Both the position numbers and the translations under genes were made by a program. The notes beneath the pieces are model-generated. The model saw only the letters and a program-made list of their open reading frames with translations. It was not told the DNA's origin and ran no database searches. DNA of 64,000 bases from Candidatus Latescibacterota bacterium (lineage in GTDB: Bacteria > Latescibacterota > UBA2968), in contig OZ220741.1 of the NCBI GenBank assembly GCA_965116885.1, positions 2,624,001-2,688,000 of the forward strand. The letters run 5' to 3'. Shown piece by piece: positions 48,226-57,951 of the stretch (positions within the stretch are counted from its first letter, which is position 1; each line of letters opens with the position of its first letter).

Positions 48226-48739
48226 TTTCGTCGTCCTGATCTGTGGTGTCATCTTCTATTTCGGGAATATTCTCTTTTACCACATCGAAGGTCGTCATTT
48301 GAAATTGGTCCAAAAAATCAGTCTGACCCTGTACCAGGGCCTTAAATTTGGACAAGAACATATTGCGTTGATTTTGTAACTCTACAAGCTCTGTGCGGAT
48401 TTCCTGCACCTGTGTGCGCGCTTTTTCAATAGCCCGATTGCTGCGGATTTCCGCTTCTTTCACAATCAGCCGCGCTTCTTTGTGCCCATTTTCCTTGACT
48501 TCTTCAGCCGTTTGTTGAGCAGTTCTGAGCATTTCCTGGAGGGTTTGCTCTATTGACTGATAGTGATGCACTTCTGATTGCAACGCATTGAGAAATTCTT
48601 TTAGTTCGATATTCTCGGAGTTGAGATGTTCGACTTCTGTCGCCAGCGTTTCGAGAAATGTCTGCACTTCTTCTTGATCATAACCGCGAAAAGATTTCTT
48701 AAAAATCTGTTTGCGAATATCCTGTGGTGTGATGTTCAC
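48218..48739 (-). CDS. DivIVA-domain protein
   Basis: ITPQDIRKQIFKKSFRGYD.EEV..FL followed by long coiled coil. Confidence 0.9.
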   Translation of the reverse strand: MNITPQDIRKQIFKKSFRGYDQEEVQTFLETLATEVEHLNSENIELKEFLNALQSEVHHYQSIEQTLQEMLRTAQQTAEEVKENGHKEARLIVKEAEIRSNRAIEKARTQVQEIRTELVELQNQRNMFLSKFKALVQGQTDFLDQFQMTTFDVVKENIPEIEDDTTDQDDENA

Positions 48740-48762
48740 AATTTCCCTCCCTCAGAGCTATT

Positions 48763-49350
48763 TTATAACTCAAATACACTTTGGATAGCACTCTGAACAA
48801 TTTGCAGAAGCAAAATTAACAAAATAGGCGACAAATCGAACATGCCCAGCGGAGGGACGATCTGCCGAAAAGGTCCCATAATAGGCTCAGTCAAGCTGTA
48901 AAGTGTCCACATAAACCTGCCCCCGCGCACAAAGGGCAACCAGGAAAATACAATACGCGCAATAATTAAAACCAGCAGGGTCGCAACGGCCCCATAGAGC
49001 AACCAACCGATGACATGCAGGATTTCGCCAGAAGAAATACCTTGTAGCAATCCTATGAGTGCAAGCAGTACATCGTTGGTTAACCATTTAAAAAAAAATG
49101 CCCCAATTAATGTCGCTATCACCAGAATCAATGGTGCCGCAGCGGTATTTCCAGGCATGTGTTGCGCAATGGGCCACACGAGCGGATCGGTTATGCGCCG
49201 AACATAATATTGAGACCAGCCAAAAGAATTCATACGCACCAAAATAGCGCGTAATAGCAACAAAGCCACCATGCCGATTACCAGTGCAACAAGCATCCAG
49301 TCAATGGCTTGTTGGATTAAAATAATCGCCTGAGCAACCACATCAACCAT
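48763..49350 (-). CDS. yggT: YggT-family membrane protein (two YGGT repeats)
   Basis: RRITDPL and SLTEPIMGPFRQIVPPLGMFDLSP. Confidence 0.85.
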   Translation of the reverse strand: MVDVVAQAIILIQQAIDWMLVALVIGMVALLLLRAILVRMNSFGWSQYYVRRITDPLVWPIAQHMPGNTAAAPLILVIATLIGAFFFKWLTNDVLLALIGLLQGISSGEILHVIGWLLYGAVATLLVLIIARIVFSWLPFVRGGRFMWTLYSLTEPIMGPFRQIVPPLGMFDLSPILLILLLQIVQSAIQSVFEL

Positions 49351-49353
49351 AGT

Positions 49354-50037
49354 TTATACCGTCCGCTGACCAAAAATCGCCGTGCCCACGCGAACCATTG
49401 TCGCGCCTTCTTCAATTGCAACTTCAAAGTCGCTGGACATCCCCATAGACAGGATAGACACCTGGGGCTTGTGAATTGCGATGCGATCCCTAATTTGTCG
49501 CAACAAGACAAAATTTGGCCGCGCTGTTTCGGAGTCTGGAGCAAATGCACCAATCGTCATTAGCCCTGCCACTGAAACCCCCTGCAGGTCATCGACCTGC
49601 CCGACCAGATCTAATGCCGCGTTGGGCGATACACCAAACTTCGATGCTTCGCCCGATGTATTTACCTGTACCAATACGCGAGTTGGGATGTTTCTTCGCA
49701 CAGCCCACCGGCTGATTTCTTTCGCCAGGCGCAATGTGTCAACCGAGTGAATCAGATCGAATAAAGGCAAGGCTATTTTGACTTTGTTGCGCTGTAAGTG
49801 TCCAACCAAATGCCAGGATACGGTGCCTGCTACCTCTGTGACTTTATGCTGTGCCTCTTGCACGCGACTTTCGCCTAAAATCCTTGTTCCCGCATCTACG
49901 ACCTGTTGCACGACATCGGCAGGCCAGGTCTTTGTTACAACAATCAATTTAACCGCATCTGCCGACCGCCCGGACCGATGAGCAGCCCTATCAATGCGGT
50001 CTTGAACGCGTTTTAAGTTATCAGCAATTGCCGACAT
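49354..50037 (-). CDS. yggS: YggS-family PLP homeostasis protein
   Basis: VVTK, WHLVGHLQRNK, HSVD, GLMTI, SMGMSSD, VRVGTAIFG. Confidence 0.93.
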   Translation of the reverse strand: MSAIADNLKRVQDRIDRAAHRSGRSADAVKLIVVTKTWPADVVQQVVDAGTRILGESRVQEAQHKVTEVAGTVSWHLVGHLQRNKVKIALPLFDLIHSVDTLRLAKEISRWAVRRNIPTRVLVQVNTSGEASKFGVSPNAALDLVGQVDDLQGVSVAGLMTIGAFAPDSETARPNFVLLRQIRDRIAIHKPQVSILSMGMSSDFEVAIEEGATMVRVGTAIFGQRTV

Positions 50038-50244
50038 AGATTTCGGTCTCAAAATTGAAATATAGATTTCATAATGTAGGCAAAAACCAGTGTAATAGCA
50101 ACAAAAACGGCCTGGAATACTGAGGCGAACTGCGTGAGCTTTTTAGCTGTGAGGAGAAAAAAACGTTGACTCTACACAGGAGATCTATGTATTGTACAGG
50201 TGCTCTCGCGCCACGTCTTATTTTTCTACTCCGGAGCTATTCTT

Positions 50245-52179
50245 ATGCCGCGAAATGGTTATGGACACATGGTGCTGGATGACTATGTCGCGCGCGTGCG
50301 GGCTGTAAATGCCGACCGCGCAAAACGCCTATCATCCATTCGCACAAAAAAAGAAGCTTTCGCATACCGCGATGAAGTGCGTGAGGCGATTGACAAAGCC
50401 TATCGCCCCTGGCCGAGCAAAACACCGCTTAATGCGCGTGTCATAGGTACAATTGAACGCCGCCATTATCGCATTGAAAAAATCCTCTTTGAGAGCCGCC
50501 CGGGTTGTTTGGTTACCGCTCACCTTTATGTGCCGGACAAACTCGATGGACCAGTACCTGGTATTATTGGTTCTTGCGGTCATGCTGCCGATGGCAAAAA
50601 TGCCTCGCTTTATCAGGCATTTTGTCAGCGTCTGGCGCGCAATGGTTTTGTCGTTTTGATCTATGATCCCTTTAATCAGGGCGAACGCGATCAATACTAT
50701 GCCCTGCACAGCCGCGAAAGTGTGCGATCATCGACACATGCCCACAATATGATGGGCAAACAACTCGAACTTGTGGGCGAATGGTTTGGCGCGTGGCGCG
50801 CATGGGATGGTATCCGCGCGCTCGATTATCTGCTTACCCGTCCCGAAGTTGATCCCGCGCATATCGGCCTTACGGGTAACTCGGGCGGCGGTACTATGAC
50901 CAGTTGGATATGGCCGGTGGAAGCGCGTTTTACTATGGCTGCCCCCAGTTGCTTTGTCACCACGTTTGCCGCCAATCTCGAAAATGAATTGCCCGCCGAT
51001 TCGGAACAGTATCCGCCGGGTGTGATTGGCGCGGGTCTGGATATGGCCGATTTTTTTATTGCCCGAGCACCGGCTCCCGTCATTTTGCTCGGACAAGCCT
51101 ATTGCTTTTTTGACCGACGCGGTCTCAAACAAGCCTATTCTGAAGTCCGTCGTTTCTACGATATCATTGGCGCGCCAGGCAATGCGACTGATATTTTTAT
51201 CGGGTCAGAAGGCCACGGCTTTTTTCGAGATAACCAGGAAGCTATGGTGCAATTTTTTGCAACACATGCGGGCATTCAGCAGGTTACCCGTTTGGAAGAG
51301 ACCGAAGACTTGAGCGATGTTTTAAATGTCACTCCAAAAGGCGAGGTTGTGCCCGAAGGGGCTACGCCCATTTACGATCTGATTGCCCAAAAAGCAGATG
51401 TTCTTGCATCAAAACGCAAAAAGTTGGGTAAAGGCGAACTCACCCGTTGTGTGCAAAATACGCTCAATTTGTCTGATGACCGCGACCTGCCCCATCACCG
51501 CTGGTTGCGCAGTACGACAGAAGATGGCGTTCGCCTGGCGCGGTATGCGATTGAAACCGAGGGCAATATTCGCGCTATTATGCGGAAACGCCTGTCCAAT
51601 CCGTCTTATTCGCATACGCTCGATGTCGAGCGCGAGGTTCATCTCTATTTGCCACATGTTTCTGCGGAAGTGGATCTGATTGAGGATCCTTTTGCAAAAA
51701 GGCTGAAAGAACAACACCCGCTCTATGCGCTTGATGTGCGCGGTCTGGGGGAATCGCTTGCCGATGATGAACGCGATTTTTTTCATCCTTATGGCAATGA
51801 CTATATGTGCAATGGATATGGTTTGATGCTCGGTCAGAGCTTTCTGGGACGGCGGGTTCACGATGTGTTATCCACACTCGACCTGCTGGCTTATGAAGGC
51901 GCGGAAAAAATCCATCTTTACGGTCGCGGACAAGGTGCGATTCACGCACTATTTGCCGGGTTTCTCCATTCCGGAGTGACGACTGTTACGCTGAAAAACT
52001 ATCCACAGTCCTTTCACGCCTGGACACAAACGCCCCTGGTCAGTTGGCCCACTGCCAATATACCTCGGGGCGTTCTCACATTATTTGATCTGCCCGATCT
52101 GATGGATGTCGTGGATAAAAAACTCGAGCTTATACAGCCCTGGGGGGTGGATATGGGAGAAGTGGGGCGTGAGAAGTGA
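50245..52179 (+). CDS. Alpha/beta-hydrolase (acetyl xylan esterase-like, two-domain)
   Basis: FESRPG, WDGIRALDYL, GNSGGG nucleophile elbow; degenerate second hydrolase domain (DVRGLGE). Confidence 0.8.
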   Translation: MPRNGYGHMVLDDYVARVRAVNADRAKRLSSIRTKKEAFAYRDEVREAIDKAYRPWPSKTPLNARVIGTIERRHYRIEKILFESRPGCLVTAHLYVPDKLDGPVPGIIGSCGHAADGKNASLYQAFCQRLARNGFVVLIYDPFNQGERDQYYALHSRESVRSSTHAHNMMGKQLELVGEWFGAWRAWDGIRALDYLLTRPEVDPAHIGLTGNSGGGTMTSWIWPVEARFTMAAPSCFVTTFAANLENELPADSEQYPPGVIGAGLDMADFFIARAPAPVILLGQAYCFFDRRGLKQAYSEVRRFYDIIGAPGNATDIFIGSEGHGFFRDNQEAMVQFFATHAGIQQVTRLEETEDLSDVLNVTPKGEVVPEGATPIYDLIAQKADVLASKRKKLGKGELTRCVQNTLNLSDDRDLPHHRWLRSTTEDGVRLARYAIETEGNIRAIMRKRLSNPSYSHTLDVEREVHLYLPHVSAEVDLIEDPFAKRLKEQHPLYALDVRGLGESLADDERDFFHPYGNDYMCNGYGLMLGQSFLGRRVHDVLSTLDLLAYEGAEKIHLYGRGQGAIHALFAGFLHSGVTTVTLKNYPQSFHAWTQTPLVSWPTANIPRGVLTLFDLPDLMDVVDKKLELIQPWGVDMGEVGREK

Positions 52180-52186
52180 GGCGGAT

Positions 52187-52945
52187 TTATCCTTCCAGCC
52201 GCTCGCGCAGGTGGGCTTCCATGGCCACAAATTGGGGGTCGGCGCGCAAGGTGTTTTCCCGGGGATGGGGAAAATGAACGCTCAGGTCTTCCGCGATTTT
52301 ACCGGGTCTGGCAGACATGACCACAACGCGGTCGGAGAGGAGTAATGCTTCAGAGATGCTGTGGGTTATAAATAAGACAGCAGCACCGGTTGCCTGCCAT
52401 ATTCGCAACAGTTCAATTTGCATCTTTTCTCGCGTCATTTCATCCAATGCGCCAAAAGGCTCGTCCATGAGCAAAACGGATGGGCGGAAGGTCAAGACTC
52501 TGGCTATGGCGACCCGCGATTGCATGCCGCCCGATAGTTCGCGCGGATACGCCTGCTCAAATCCAGCCAGTCCGACAATGTCGATCATCTCAGAGACCCG
52601 GCTTAAAATCTCTGCGTCTCCAAAGACCTCTGCGGGCAGGCGCACATTTTCCTCTACCGTGCGCCAGGCGAGAAGCGAGGGATGTTGAAATACAAAGCCC
52701 ACCAATCGTTCGCGCCGCGCGACTTCGGGTATTTTCCCCAGTACGCGAACGGTGCCATTCGTCGGTGTTTCCAAATCGCCGACAATCCGCATTAAGCTCG
52801 TTTTGCCACATCCCGAGGGTCCGATCATACTGACAAATTCACCCTGCGCTATCTGTAGGGAAATTTGTGCGAGTGCCTCTACCCGGTTGCTGTCGGTCAC
52901 AAAAACCTTGTGAATATCTCGCAGTTCAATGGCTAATTCGTTCAT
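52187..52945 (-). CDS. ABC transporter ATP-binding protein (nitrate/sulfonate/taurine type)
   Basis: GPSGCGKT, LSGGMQSR, LLMDEPFGALD, FITH, MSARPG. Confidence 0.92.
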   Translation of the reverse strand: MNELAIELRDIHKVFVTDSNRVEALAQISLQIAQGEFVSMIGPSGCGKTSLMRIVGDLETPTNGTVRVLGKIPEVARRERLVGFVFQHPSLLAWRTVEENVRLPAEVFGDAEILSRVSEMIDIVGLAGFEQAYPRELSGGMQSRVAIARVLTFRPSVLLMDEPFGALDEMTREKMQIELLRIWQATGAAVLFITHSISEALLLSDRVVVMSARPGKIAEDLSVHFPHPRENTLRADPQFVAMEAHLRERLEG

Positions 52946-53053
52946 AGTAGTCAGTAGTCAGTCCGCCTAACCGCCTGCCAGCCTCCTTCGTGTCCCTTTG
53001 TGTTCTTCGTGGATCCCATCCTTCTTACTTCTCACCTCTCACTTCTCACTTCA
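52946..53053. repeat. Composite short-tandem-repeat tract
   Basis: (AGTAGTC)x2, CCGCCTAACCGCC, degenerate CTTCGTG-type repeats, (TTCTCAC)x4 degenerate. Confidence 0.8.
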
Positions 53054-53054
53054 T

Positions 53055-54536
53055 TCAATGCTTGATCAAGTGCTTTTCCAGGGTTTTGACCACGGTTTTT
53101 AGCGTTTTAATGCGCGCATATAGCTTGCAATTGGACTCGACAATGGTCCATGGTGCGTAATCTGTATTTGTGCGGTACAACATCTCATCCACAGCGTCGC
53201 GATACTGATTCCATTTCTCTCGATTGCGCCAGTCTTCATCTGTAATTTTCCACTGTTTAGATGGGACTTCTTCGCGGTCTCGAAAGCGCTTCAATTGTTC
53301 GTCTTTGTCGATATCGATCCAGAATTTAAATAATAAGGTGCCGTAATTTGCCATCTGTTCTTCCATTTCGTTGATTTCGCGGTACGCGCGCTGCCATTCC
53401 TGTATTGTCGCAAATCCCTCTACGCGCTCGACCAGAACGCGCCCATACCACGACCGATCAAAGATGGCAAAATGACCGGCTTTGGGCATTTTGATCCAGA
53501 ACCGCCACAAATAGTGATGTGCCAGTTCGATATCATTTGGCGCGGCGATGGGGATCACGTCGTATCCACGCGGGTCCATGCGGCGCACCAGGCGTTTGAT
53601 ATTGCCTCCCTTTCCCGCAGCATCCCAGCCTTCGTACACAATGACGACGGACTGCCTTCGCAAATATACTTCGTGCTCGAGTTCCCATATCTTTTTTTGA
53701 TAAATGCGGCGCAGGCGATCGTATTCTTTGCGCGTGAGTTCTCTGGATAAGTCAGAGGTCTCGAGCATAGAATGCGGGATTGGGGGTAGGGAGACCGCTT
53801 TGGTCCGCGTCTTTTTGTTCAGAGATGTCAGTTTTTTTTCGAGGACTTTGATCACTTTTTCAAATACTGAAATCGTTGCAAAACGCCAGTTTTCAGCCGG
53901 CACAATATGCCAGGGCGCGTATTTGCTATCCGTGCGTGAGATCATTTCTTCGATGACTTCTCCATACGATTCGTATTGTTTATTTTTTTTCCAATCGTAA
54001 TCTGTTACGCGCCAGGACGTCAGGGGATTTTTCTCGAGTTGCTTAAAACGCTTTTTTTGTTCTTTGCGCGAGATGTGCAGGAAAAACTTGATGATTACAT
54101 GGCCGTCATCTACGAGTTGTCGCTCGAAATTATTCACTTCTTGATACGCTTTATCAACCGGTAGCTTGCTCATCATCGGATCTAATTTCTCCACAATAAA
54201 TCGACTGTACCAACTCCGACCGTAAATCGCCAGGCGCCCGCGTTCGGGGATTTTGGTCCAGAACCGCCACATAAATGGTCGGTAAGCCTCTTCTGTATTG
54301 GAAACTTGCGTCGAATATACTTTGACGCCCCGGGGATCGAGCACTTGCAACAACTCATTGATCTGTCGTCCTTTACCAGAAGCACCCCAGCCTTCGAACA
54401 CAATCGTGATGGGCACTTTGTTTTCCAGTGCTTTTCGCTCCAGTTGGCCCATTTTTATTTCCAGCTTTTCCATTTGGGCGTTGTAGTCAGATTTTTTTAT
54501 TTTTTGTTTTAGATCAATAGCATTCAGGATGCCCAT
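53055..54536 (-). CDS. Polyphosphate:AMP phosphotransferase (two-domain PPK2)
   Basis: Two PPK2 domains: EGWGASGKG..RSWY and EGWDAAGKGG..FDRSWYGRVLVERVEG..WKITDEDW. Confidence 0.9.
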   Translation of the reverse strand: MGILNAIDLKQKIKKSDYNAQMEKLEIKMGQLERKALENKVPITIVFEGWGASGKGRQINELLQVLDPRGVKVYSTQVSNTEEAYRPFMWRFWTKIPERGRLAIYGRSWYSRFIVEKLDPMMSKLPVDKAYQEVNNFERQLVDDGHVIIKFFLHISRKEQKKRFKQLEKNPLTSWRVTDYDWKKNKQYESYGEVIEEMISRTDSKYAPWHIVPAENWRFATISVFEKVIKVLEKKLTSLNKKTRTKAVSLPPIPHSMLETSDLSRELTRKEYDRLRRIYQKKIWELEHEVYLRRQSVVIVYEGWDAAGKGGNIKRLVRRMDPRGYDVIPIAAPNDIELAHHYLWRFWIKMPKAGHFAIFDRSWYGRVLVERVEGFATIQEWQRAYREINEMEEQMANYGTLLFKFWIDIDKDEQLKRFRDREEVPSKQWKITDEDWRNREKWNQYRDAVDEMLYRTNTDYAPWTIVESNCKLYARIKTLKTVVKTLEKHLIKH

Positions 54537-54538
54537 AT

Positions 54539-55663
54539 TTACTCCTTTACCCATGTGCGTGAGTCGGGTACGTATAGCCACGCGCCGTCTTGCACAATTG
54601 ACTGTTGACTGATTAAGCCCGGCAAGGTCATGTCCATAGCTTCGTGAATGCCAATTGGACAGGCGATTTCGCCGTTGATGCTTTGAATAAAATCCATGAT
54701 TTCGAAATAGTCGCCCCCACCGTGTCCGGCTTTTAATGCCGATTCAGAGGGGTTGCGCCACATGTCGGGTAAATAGTCTTCTTCCAGATCTTTCAGATCT
54801 ATCCATTCGTTTTTTTCGTCGCAGATATCTGTGAGCCATACGCGATTGACACCGCCGCGTGCGCGCGCCGATTCGTAACACCCTTTTGTCCCTTGCAGTT
54901 GAAAATTGCCGGTTGCGTGGGGGCGTTCCGATAGCATATCTACCCGGATTTTTACCAGCCCGCCGCTCGCCATCTGACACAACATGACGCACGAATCTTG
55001 ATTTTCATACTGGTCTCCCCGAGGGTCTGTGTAATGGTGTCCGCTGCCCGCACAACACACGCGCACCACGCGGTCCCCCGGCATCCACTGCAAGAGAGGT
55101 CCCAGGCTGTGCGTGCAATAGGTTATACCATCAATGCCCGTTTGCCACTTGCGCCGCCATGTTGTGATTTCATTCAGGGCTTTCAATTCGTGGAGATATT
55201 CTCCTTCTCCGTAATATACATCGCCGAACAAACCCCGCCGCACGAGTTCTTTTATCAGGACATTGGGGCGGGTGTAGGTGTAATTTTCTGCCATCATATA
55301 GATTGCTTTTGACGATGTAGCGGTCTGTACCAGGGCGCGGCATTCCTCTATGGAGACCCCGGCTGTGACTTCGCTCAAGACGTGGATGTTGCGGTGCAGT
55401 GCCTCAATTGCTTGCTGAGCGTGAAAATGCATGGGTGTGCCGATGACTACTGCATCGAGTTCAGAGCGCGCGAGCATGGTTTCGTAGTCCGCGTATTTTT
55501 CAGAGGCTCCCAATCGTTCAGCAGCAGCGTCGAGTTCCTCTTCGCGCACATCGCATACCGCGTGAATGCGCGCTGTTTTTTGCGCTTCAAAAGCGACCCG
55601 AAAACTCCCCCCACGCCCAGCAGCCCCCACAATACCCACGTTTAATTTTTCAGCAATGCCCAT
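54539..55663 (-). CDS. Gfo/Idh/MocA-family oxidoreductase
   Basis: VGIVG.AGRG, AVCD, IGTP..FH, HVLSEV, MAENY, YCTHSLGP. Confidence 0.88.
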   Translation of the reverse strand: MGIAEKLNVGIVGAAGRGGSFRVAFEAQKTARIHAVCDVREEELDAAAERLGASEKYADYETMLARSELDAVVIGTPMHFHAQQAIEALHRNIHVLSEVTAGVSIEECRALVQTATSSKAIYMMAENYTYTRPNVLIKELVRRGLFGDVYYGEGEYLHELKALNEITTWRRKWQTGIDGITYCTHSLGPLLQWMPGDRVVRVCCAGSGHHYTDPRGDQYENQDSCVMLCQMASGGLVKIRVDMLSERPHATGNFQLQGTKGCYESARARGGVNRVWLTDICDEKNEWIDLKDLEEDYLPDMWRNPSESALKAGHGGGDYFEIMDFIQSINGEIACPIGIHEAMDMTLPGLISQQSIVQDGAWLYVPDSRTWVKE

Positions 55664-55684
55664 TAAATACCTCCGGAAAATTGG

Positions 55685-57367
55685 CTAATCGCTAAGGTTC
55701 GACAAGCGTATGTCCTCTACCAGCATTTGCACGCTGGTTCTGCCCTGCCAGGTATTGGCCTGTAGTGCAAAGGCGAGATCGACGCGGTCGCCCACTGACA
55801 ATTCGTAAACCAGCTCGCCCTGGCGAAACCAGATTGCATCGCACAGGTCAGCACCTGTATCCACGCTGAGTTTTAAATGCGCCCCGCGGCCTATGGCGCG
55901 CGCATCTGCAATTCGGCAATCGCGAGCTACAAAACGCGGCAACTCGTTTTTTGCGCCAAAAGGTGCCAATTTGTCCAGGGTGTCAACGGTTGTCAGCGAA
56001 ATATCGGACGGCTTGAGGGTGGCATCGACTTCCAGTTGGGGCGTCAGTGCTTCCTCTGATAGCCGCGCCTGGGCATCTGCGATCAACCGGTCTTGAAATT
56101 CGAAATAATTTTCAGCGGGGACTGAAAATCCGGCGGCGTCGGCGTGTCCACCAAATTCGGTGAGCAGATCTGAGACGCGGAAAATCGCTTCGACGATATT
56201 GTATCCACCTGCTGTGCGCGCAGAACCCGTGTAGATGCCATTTTTGCGAAAGTTGGTACACACCAGCGCTGGGCGCGAAAATTTTTCGACCAATCGCCCG
56301 GCGATCAGTCCGACCACACCCAGATGCCAGTCTTCGCCGCGTACCACCAGAATGCGATATTGATCCAACCAGTTATCTTCTACCATGCGTTCTGCTTCGG
56401 CTATGCCGTCGTTTTGCAGGGTCTGCCTTTCGCCATTTAGACCGTTTAATTCTTCGGCGAGTTTTGCCGCTTGTTCCCGGTTTTGACAGCGCAACAAATC
56501 GAGTGCCAAGTCTGCCGATGACAGGCGCCCGGCGCTGTTGATGCGCGGTCCCAGGAAGAATCCAATAGAGATTGTGTCAACGGGGCGGTTGGTCGCACCC
56601 GCGACGGCTTTGAGTGCCTGCAAGCCCGGGCGGTCGGTGGTGTTGAGGACCTGCATCCCCCTTCGCGTAAGCAGGCGATTTTCTGCGACCATGGGGGCCA
56701 TGTCAGCCACAGTGCCCAAAGCGACCAGATCCAGAAGTGAGTTCAAATATCGGCGGCGCTCTGAATCGGACAGGAACTCCGATGTTAGAGCCTGCACCAC
56801 CTTAAATGCCACTCCTACGGCAGCCAGTCCTTTGAAGGGATATTCGCAGTCTGCGCGATTGGGATTCACCAGCGCCAGAGCGTCTGGCAATTTGTCCTGT
56901 GGATGGTGATGGTCAATGACTACCACATCAATTCCGGCGTCATTGGCCGTGTCAACAGCCTCAAAAGCTGAAATCCCGTTGTCCGCGGTTACAATGAGTT
57001 GCGCTCCTTGTGCGTATGCCGTCTCTACACCCGACGGTTTCATGCCATACCCATCTCGGAACCGGTCGGGCAACAAAAATGTGGCATTGGCACCTACCAG
57101 ATCGAAAAAATCCAGCAAGACAGCGGTGCTCGTGACGCCATCTACATCGTAATCGCCAAAAACTACAATGCGCTCTTTATTGTGAATGGCTTCTGATATG
57201 CGTTCGACAATGCGGCGCATGTCTTGCATTAAATAGGGGTCATTCAAAATATCGGGAGAGTCGGCCAAATCTTCTTTTGTTAATGAACGGTTTGCGAGAA
57301 TGACATCGGCAATAGAATGATAATTGCCCTTATGGCGTATGTTCCATATCGGGTACCTGGGTTCCAT
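55685..57367 (-). CDS. recJ: ssDNA-specific exonuclease RecJ
   Basis: GDYDVDG, DNG, IDHH, LGTVAD, PRINSAGRL, GSAR, FGGH..AAG. Confidence 0.95.
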   Translation of the reverse strand: MEPRYPIWNIRHKGNYHSIADVILANRSLTKEDLADSPDILNDPYLMQDMRRIVERISEAIHNKERIVVFGDYDVDGVTSTAVLLDFFDLVGANATFLLPDRFRDGYGMKPSGVETAYAQGAQLIVTADNGISAFEAVDTANDAGIDVVVIDHHHPQDKLPDALALVNPNRADCEYPFKGLAAVGVAFKVVQALTSEFLSDSERRRYLNSLLDLVALGTVADMAPMVAENRLLTRRGMQVLNTTDRPGLQALKAVAGATNRPVDTISIGFFLGPRINSAGRLSSADLALDLLRCQNREQAAKLAEELNGLNGERQTLQNDGIAEAERMVEDNWLDQYRILVVRGEDWHLGVVGLIAGRLVEKFSRPALVCTNFRKNGIYTGSARTAGGYNIVEAIFRVSDLLTEFGGHADAAGFSVPAENYFEFQDRLIADAQARLSEEALTPQLEVDATLKPSDISLTTVDTLDKLAPFGAKNELPRFVARDCRIADARAIGRGAHLKLSVDTGADLCDAIWFRQGELVYELSVGDRVDLAFALQANTWQGRTSVQMLVEDIRLSNLSD

Positions 57368-57413
57368 AAAGTCTCCAGAGTGGTTGATCAAAGTGCGTAT
57401 ATGCGATCTCTAC

Positions 57414-57428
57414 TTGACTTGAAGTCAA
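57414..57428. promoter_or_regulatory. Perfect palindrome in the recJ / psp-like divergent promoter region
   Basis: TTGACTT-G-AAGTCAA; each arm also reads as a TTGACT -35 hexamer. Confidence 0.5.
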
Positions 57429-57531
57429 TTTGAACGTTAATTTTTTGAAACCAATATTTCGCTTGAGAATCTCATAGGCAGGACGGAGGGCCAGTTATGC
57501 CTCTTCCGCTAACCGCTTTCAGGAGTTTAAA

Positions 57532-57927
57532 ATGTCAGAATATTTCAATACAGTCAAATCTTATCTTCAAGACCTCAATCTCGCGGTTGACGAGGAAGAT
57601 ACCGCTGAAGAACTCGTTGTGGTGAGCGACGAAGATCGCGGTGTCAATCATCTTATTGTCGATTGCGAGGATCCCATCCTCATTATTGAGCAGGCTATTA
57701 TGCCTATTCCCAATGTCCCTGGGGATCTGTACAAAAGGTTGCTCGAAATGAATCGCACACTCATCCACGGGGCGTTTGCCCTGGACTCTGAAACCGGCAC
57801 GGTTCTTTTTCGCGATACCCTGCGCCTGGATACGCTCGACCGATCTGAGCTTGAAGGCTCGATTACCGCGCTCGAACTCGCCTTAGCTGATAATGCCGCA
57901 GAATTACTCGAATATAGCCACCAGTAG
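57532..57927 (+). CDS. YbjN/CesT(Tir)-chaperone-like protein
   Basis: Acidic 131-aa protein, LLEMNRTLIHGAFALD..VLFRDTL; directly upstream of pspA-like gene. Confidence 0.75.
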   Translation: MSEYFNTVKSYLQDLNLAVDEEDTAEELVVVSDEDRGVNHLIVDCEDPILIIEQAIMPIPNVPGDLYKRLLEMNRTLIHGAFALDSETGTVLFRDTLRLDTLDRSELEGSITALELALADNAAELLEYSHQ

Positions 57928-57951
57928 TCATTTCCCAAAAAGGAGTATCTC

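Noticed and set aside
57431..57440. TGAACGTTAA upstream of recJ as a LexA site
   Set aside because: Matches only the GAACGTT core, not the TGMAC-N4-GTKCA arrangement seen at lexA
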